Assembly: GCA_965644295.1 (NCBI GenBank)
Contig: CBFFRP010000594.1
Coordinates: 1-29,821 of the forward strand
Direction: 5' to 3'
Source of the DNA: Paraphysomonas bandaiensis
Taxonomy: Eukaryota > Protista > Chrysophyceae
DNA: 29,821 nucleotides
A program made the translations under genes and the position numbers. Below the pieces are notes generated by a model that saw only the letters and a list, made by a program, of their open reading frames with translations, did not search any database and was not told where the DNA came from. This document shows positions 22,987 to 29,821 of the stretch, one piece after another. Positions within the stretch are counted from its first letter, which is position 1, and the number at the start of each line of letters is the position of its first letter.

Positions 22987-24121
22987 ATGAGGGGCTTGTC
23001 TGGACTAATCGGAGTAGTTGTTTTTGCACTGATAGCCGTCAAGGAGGTGCACACATTGAAGTGTATGGTGGGGTACGGCCAGAGAGGAAAGTTGCGTAGC
23101 GGTGGCTATGAATGGGTGTGTGCAGATCCCTGCATAGTTGTCGTCATGTCATGCGTATGTCTCTATTCTTGTGTGTCGTCTATACCTCGTATATATGCTC
23201 TACTTATCTCTATCTGCGTATGTCGGTCTTCTTCAGTGCACGTTATGATAGTAAAGTGTTGTTTTTGGATTTGTGTTTACGGTGGTTATATGCAGCCACG
23301 GAACTGTGAGCACTCGACGTACTGTTGGGAGGCTGTTACTACGGACAAAGAGAAGTTGGCAGTACTCTTTGACTATGCTTGGGTAGGTTACATGAGTTAC
23401 TCATATACTTTAATGTTTTGCGTAAATATTGCCATGTGTGTACATGCTTACTGTATGTTCTCATGAAAGTTCCACGTACAATATGCCATTGAACGTATTG
23501 CATACATTGTGCTGCTGTATACTTTCGTCACTCGTATAATTTTTTATGGTTTATAGGATGACTACTACTACGAGTACTACGTGTAAGTGCAAATTGAATG
23601 TTCTGCTATCTGGAAGCTGTGATTTTTGTGGTTAATAGAACACGGCTAAAACTATTCCTTATCAGATAGAAAATATTTTTTATGAAAGTTAACAACACTT
23701 TATTTTGCAGTCATGCTTGTAGTGGTGATTATGGTACTGATCTTAAAGTCAACCCCTTCAAAGTAAAGCCAGTACCAGATATTGTGAAAGTAAACATTAC
23801 AACTGAGCGAACGGTGACTGGCAGGGGTGGAACGGTGGAGCTGGATATGATTTATGCGTGTACGAAAAATTTTTGTTCAGGTTCGTATTTATAGCGCAGT
23901 AGAACATTTTTGCCTAGCGTAGTACATGTTGTATGTGGTCGCGGGAAATACAGTGCCTGTAGCTGTTTAGCGTAGCATCTTGCTCGCCTGATTACATATG
24001 AAAATTGCGTATACTCTGAGTTTGTGTTAACCAGTTTACAGGGGCATCGAGATCGATATATGCCACATCTTCGTTCGCTACAATCGTTATCGCTCTTATT
24101 ACTATTGTCATTGTGAATTAA
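22987..24121 (+). CDS. Small secreted, probably GPI-anchored Cys-rich protein with Ly6/uPAR-like features (5 exons: 22987-23115, 23296-23382, 23557-23582, 23711-23880, 24042-24121)
   Basis: Phase-consistent GT-AG splicing gives MRGLSGLIGVVVFALIAVKEVHT/LKCMVGYGQRG...WPRNCEHSTYCWEAVTT...YYVHACSGDYG...YACTKNFCSGASRSIYATSSFATIVIALITIVIVN*. Confidence 0.78.
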
Positions 24122-24899
24122 GACCTACTGAATCTGTATGATATGAATATTCGGAATGTACATGAATCGTCTTTGATGTAATAACATGTTATTGTGTTGT
24201 GATAGCTAGTACCACACTTTTGCCGTTTCGGTAGAAGATTATCCTATCAATATGGTGCAGTAGAAGTTAACAGTCCATACAATATACCTATATTCAGAAT
24301 ATTTTCTTTAATATGGGACAGACCAATTGCTGAAAGTAGAGTCAAAGGAATAGAAGTTTGTGTTTCATCCTGTGATGACATAGCTTTTTTGAAGCGGGCC
24401 TTCTACATACCACATATGACGAGGAAAACTTCTCTATTCAAATTTCTTTCTGAGGTGTGTGTCTTCTACCTGCTCTATTCTTAGTGTTAAATTCGAAGCT
24501 GTAGTTCTAAGCTCTAAGGCTTGTAAATTATGACCTTACATGAAAGAATACAGTAGTGATTAACAGTTAACAGCATTGCATGGACTACTGAGATAATAGT
24601 AATAATAGTGTCTTTTGACTATATAAGATTGTGTCTTTATACTATATAAGATCGTATGAAAATGATTGGTGTTGAGATAACATGATTTTGGCGAATGACA
24701 ATGAATGATATGTTAGATTGATCATAAATTATAATTATAAGTGAGAGAGTATTACTTTAAGTTAATTAAGCCTTTTTCCATCCTACTCAAATCTCGATAA
24801 AGAATTGAGGTGCTTGAGTGAATCTTACGCCATTTACACTGATTGGTGCCTGCATATACGGAATTCACTTGTAGTGTTAATATTCATATTTATATGTAT

Positions 24900-25993
24900 T
24901 GAGAAATGAGTATGATATTTTGCGTTTCCTGTACCACTGCAGTTATTAAAAGTATTTTATATACATGGCCTGTTCGGACATTTCATAGTTTCAATTTTTC
25001 TATGCTATCTTTTGGCGTGGCATATCAAACCTCTACAAAAATTTAAGTGAGGCTTTTTGTTGCCACCTTATATCATCTTCACGGCCAATGTTTCGAAAGC
25101 AGCGTTATGAATAAAACTGCAGCATATTATCGCCCTTATTATTATGACTCTCTACTACTGGATGCCGTGTGATTAGTTTTTGTCAACAATGTACGAATGT
25201 CGTGGAGACCGTACTGGTGTTCTGAAATTCCATTGACACACATTATTGCAAGAATCGTTTAGTAATTTTACCAGCTTGGTGTGCTATGTTTTGCTTGGAA
25301 TTAGATTTAACACGTTTGGGAAAACTCGCATGAAGGCAAGTAATCATGTGGAAGTCCATGGCGGTCAATCATTGGAATCCCACATATAAAAGCTCTATCT
25401 TTAAAATTCTCAATTGGCGGCACATATCAATCACCTTATCCTCCAGCCATGAATATTGATTTGAAATAATCAGCATAACAGCCGGATTTAATTTGTAACT
25501 TGTACAGCATATGAACTGTACAGGTTTGTTATTCTAATTACGAATTAAACGTGTTATTGGAATTACAATTTGTATTGTCTCCAGAAATAAGTCACTTTCG
25601 TTGAAATCAAAACCAACTGGAATTCATGAAATGATTCAGCAGTGAATTCCATGTCCGAGTCTTCAACTTCATCCTGCACACCACAGCAACATAGTACCCT
25701 CAGAGCAACATACGCCCTCCATATTTCAAAATGAACACATTTGAACACATGTTAAAGGTCTTACACTGATATTGAACATTTAACTACCGCGTTTGATTAT
25801 GTTGTGCAGTAACTACTACTCGCACTTCAACTATACATCATTGCCAATAACAAATTGATGCTATTCCAAATGTTCCAAGTAGTTGCAGTAATTGACAACT
25901 AATTGAAAAAGGTTTTGATCTATTATTATTGCAATTATTAATTGCTGTTCCAATTTCAATAATTGTCAATTATTAAAATATTGAAAACACCAT
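24900..25993 (-). mobile_element. Degenerate hAT-like remnant, same family as 14413-16258
   Basis: The reverse complement of ~25179-25222 (GAACACCAGTACGGTCTCCACGACATTCGTACATTGTTGACAAA) closely matches 14893-14937 (GAACACCAGTTCGATCTCCACGGCGTTCGTACATTGTTTGACAAA). AATTG-rich subterminal zone at ~25850-25990. Boundaries are approximate. Confidence 0.65.
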
Positions 25994-26943
25994 CAATGTT
26001 CAATGTCATACCGACAAAAAATTATATTGGACTGCGTATACTAGTTGTTACACAGTGTCATAAGCAGTAAAAATTATTTATACACCCTGCTATATAGTGG
26101 ATGAACAACTTGATTATTGATTAGTCGTCAACTGCAGAATTGGCTGTCTTTCTTCCTTTCTATCAACTTCTCTATTTGAACTTCAATTCAATAATCTTGA
26201 AAGAACAATTTTTATCTAGTATTAGTTTTACATTAGAAAGTGTAATGGAAGTTCATAAAACAATAAAATTTAGAAATTAAAACAATTGTACTTGTTCTAA
26301 GTATCATCCACTACAGGAATAAAGCAAAACGTATAATTTATACTTTATAATATGGTTTTGTGACCTGTATACAATTTATTCCTAATTTGTGTACAATGAT
26401 ACCCTTAAGTTTATACTCTAAGTGTTGTATAGTTCCGACGTTGTTACTTGTAGTTCTTTAATTCAGACCGCTGTATAGTAAAGCTAAATAGTACAATTGA
26501 CTAGTAATTGGATTAGGGTTACGACGGATTCTTTGCCGTAACACGTTGCGCAAAAGAGTGTAAAATCACTGGTATGGATACAAAGAGTTGCAGCAAAAGA
26601 GAAAACTTATCAAGCTGTTAAGGTATCCAGGAGAGAATAAATGAAACAGATTATAAAATAGGGTAGCTTGTGATCTACATATGATGTTCGTGCTCAGACA
26701 CCCAGAGTTGCAATAGAGTATTACTACTATCGTAGTCTCATATTCTTTTGTCTATTTATAATTAACAAAAGTATTCTGCAATAATGAGTGCTCTTATACA
26801 CGATTATTCTATTGCCATACTCTTCAGTAATGAATATTAACTATGGTAAGGTCATTATATACTCCTGCGAAGTCTACGAGTATCTGCATTATTAATTAGC
26901 ACCTGTACACGACCGGCTTAGCTGCTCCATAATATATTCTTAT

Positions 26944-27270
26944 TTACATGACTACACACTTTTTCCCTTTTGGAGTGCAATCGACGGGCTTGGTGTCAAA
27001 TACACACTCGGGACCCGTCAGAGTGACTTCGTCGCCATCCTTCACAGCCAGGCGAACAAAATAAGGAGTGCCCGGCTCCAGATCGATAATTTCAAAGACT
27101 TGTATTTCCGTTGATCCGGAAGGTACGTCCAGAGAATGGCATTCAGACCAGTCTTGATAATGTTTTTTGTATTGTATGACTACAAGCCCACCGCCACAGT
27201 CGAAATAATCCCACGACAATGTCAAACTGGTCTCATCGCATGTTTTATAGACTGGCTTTGGAAGCTCCAT
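26944..27270 (-). CDS. Small fibronectin type III domain protein with C-terminal CaaX prenylation motif (108 aa)
   Basis: FN3 pattern P..TSLTLSW...IQYKK...W...IIDLEPGTPYFVRLAV, ending DCTPKGKKCVVM*. ATG at 27270; upstream exons are possible. Confidence 0.82.
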   Translation of the reverse strand: MELPKPVYKTCDETSLTLSWDYFDCGGGLVVIQYKKHYQDWSECHSLDVPSGSTEIQVFEIIDLEPGTPYFVRLAVKDGDEVTLTGPECVFDTKPVDCTPKGKKCVVM

Positions 27271-27343
27271 CAGCCATGCACGGAACAAATCGTAATGAAT
27301 GTGAAAGTGTGGTGCCACTGAGTGAATAATAGCAACTTAAATG

Positions 27344-29450
27344 TACATACATACATACATACACACATACATACATACATACATACATACATACATACAT
27401 ACATACATACATACATACATACATACATACATACATACATACATACATACATACATACATACATACATACATACATACATACATACATACATACATACAT
27501 ACATACATACATACATACATACATACATACATACATACATACATACATACATACATACATACACACATACATACATACATACATACATACATACATACAT
27601 ACATACATACATACATACATACATACATACATACATACATACATACATACATACATACATACATACATACATACATACATACATACATACATACATACAT
27701 ACATACATACATACATACATACATACATACATACATACATACATACATACATACATACATACATACATACATACATACATACATACATACATACATACAT
27801 ACATACATACATACATACATACATACATACATACATACATACATACATACACACATACATACATACATACATACATACATACATACATACATACATACAT
27901 ACATACATACATACATACATACATACATACATACATACATACATACATACATACATACATACATACATACATACATACATACATACATACATACATACAT
28001 ACATACATACATACATACATACATACATACATACATACATACATACATACATACATACATACATACATACATACATACATACATACATACATACATACAT
28101 ACATACATACATACATACATACATACATACATACATACATACATACATACATACATACATACATACATACATACATACATACATACATACATACATACAT
28201 ACATACATACATACATACATACATACATACATACATACATACATACATACATACATACATACATACATACATACATACATACATACATACATACATACAT
28301 ACATACATACATACATACATACATACATACATACATACATACATACATACATACATACATACATACATACATACATACATACATACATACATACATACAT
28401 ACATACATACATACATACATACATACATACATACATACATACATACATACATACATACATACATACATACATACATACATACATACATACATACATACAT
28501 ACATACATACATACATACATACATACATACATACATACATACATACATACATACATACATACATACATACATACATACATACATACATACATACATACAT
28601 ACATACATACATACATACATACATACATACATACATACATACATACATACATACATACATACATACATACATACATACATACATACATACATACATACAT
28701 ACATACATACATACATACATACATACATACATACATACATACATACATACATACATACATACATACATACATACATACATACATACATACATACATACAT
28801 ACATACATACATACATACATACATACATACATACATACATACATACATACATACATACATACATACATACATACATACATACATACATACATACATACAT
28901 ACATACATACATACATACATACATACATACATACATACATACATACATACATACATACATACATACATACATACATACATACATACATACATACATACAT
29001 ACATACATACATACATACATACATACATACATACATACATACATACATACATACATACATACATACATACATACATACATACATACATACATACATACAT
29101 ACATACATACATACATACATACATACATACATACATACATACATACATACATACATACATACATACATACATACATACATACATACATACATACATACAT
29201 ACATACATACATACATACATACATACATACATACATACATACATACATACATACATACATACATACATACATACATACATACATACATACATACATACAT
29301 ACATACATACATACATACATACATACATACATACATACATACATACATACATACATACATACATACATACATACATACATACATACATACATACATACAT
29401 ACATACATACATACATACATACATACATACACATACGTACATACATACAC
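27344..29450. repeat. (TACA)n tetranucleotide array, ~2.1 kb, ~525 units
   Basis: Near-perfect tandem repeat with isolated T>C variants near 27364, 27564, 27852 and 29432. Confidence 0.99.
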
Positions 29451-29821
29451 ACTGTATACCGGTATACTATACAGGTATTGCTAGAGTGATCATCCAATCA
29501 CTAAGACGTATCACAACGGAAAGGTACACTATTGGCTAAAATATAGAAGTGTGCATAACTGAAGAAAAAATTTCAAGACAATGTGTGAGATGATCTGCTG
29601 CTGTATGTTTCAGTGTGGAGATGGCCGATATGACACTTATACAATACGTATGTGAATGTATCTATTGTTCTTACTCCAATGAGCTCATCTTATAAGGGCA
29701 TCGATTACTCTCTGTGGAACTGGGAGGGGACTCTTCTCTCTCATGAAGACCTCAAACGAGACGACAATCGTCGAGCTATATGTCTGACCGTAGACCCCCC
29801 CGTATAGCAATACGTAATGAT

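Noticed and set aside
27245-29539. Five 700-750 aa ORFs (MYVC / HTYI repeats)
   Set aside because: Artefacts of the stop-free (TACA)n repeat, which is open on both strands.

Overview
Eukaryotic nuclear DNA with compact genes and short (~45-200 nt) GT-AG introns. Gene content and transposon types suggest a stramenopile-like protist (inference). Intact genes: RPB7 (-), a divergently transcribed mS45/GCD1-like mitoribosomal protein (+), an intronless 964-aa type I membrane protein (-), ARL1 (-), an NhaC-family Na+/H+ antiporter (-), a small secreted Cys-rich protein with a GPI-type tail and Ly6/uPAR-like hallmarks (+), and a single-FN3 protein ending in a CaaX box (-). The most striking item is absent from the ORF track: a decayed + strand gene (about 8190-10385) joining bacterial-type ACC carboxyltransferase domains (AccD then AccA) to a pyruvate-carboxylase carboxyltransferase region, an architecture resembling a single-chain transcarboxylase. 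Intergenic DNA holds three degenerate hAT-like remnants, two copies of an unclassified element with a conserved terminal hairpin (one nested in a hAT), a 514-bp TG..CA element with TIRs and a 5-bp TSD, and a 2.1-kb (TACA)n array. All family assignments come from manual motif recognition; no searches were run.
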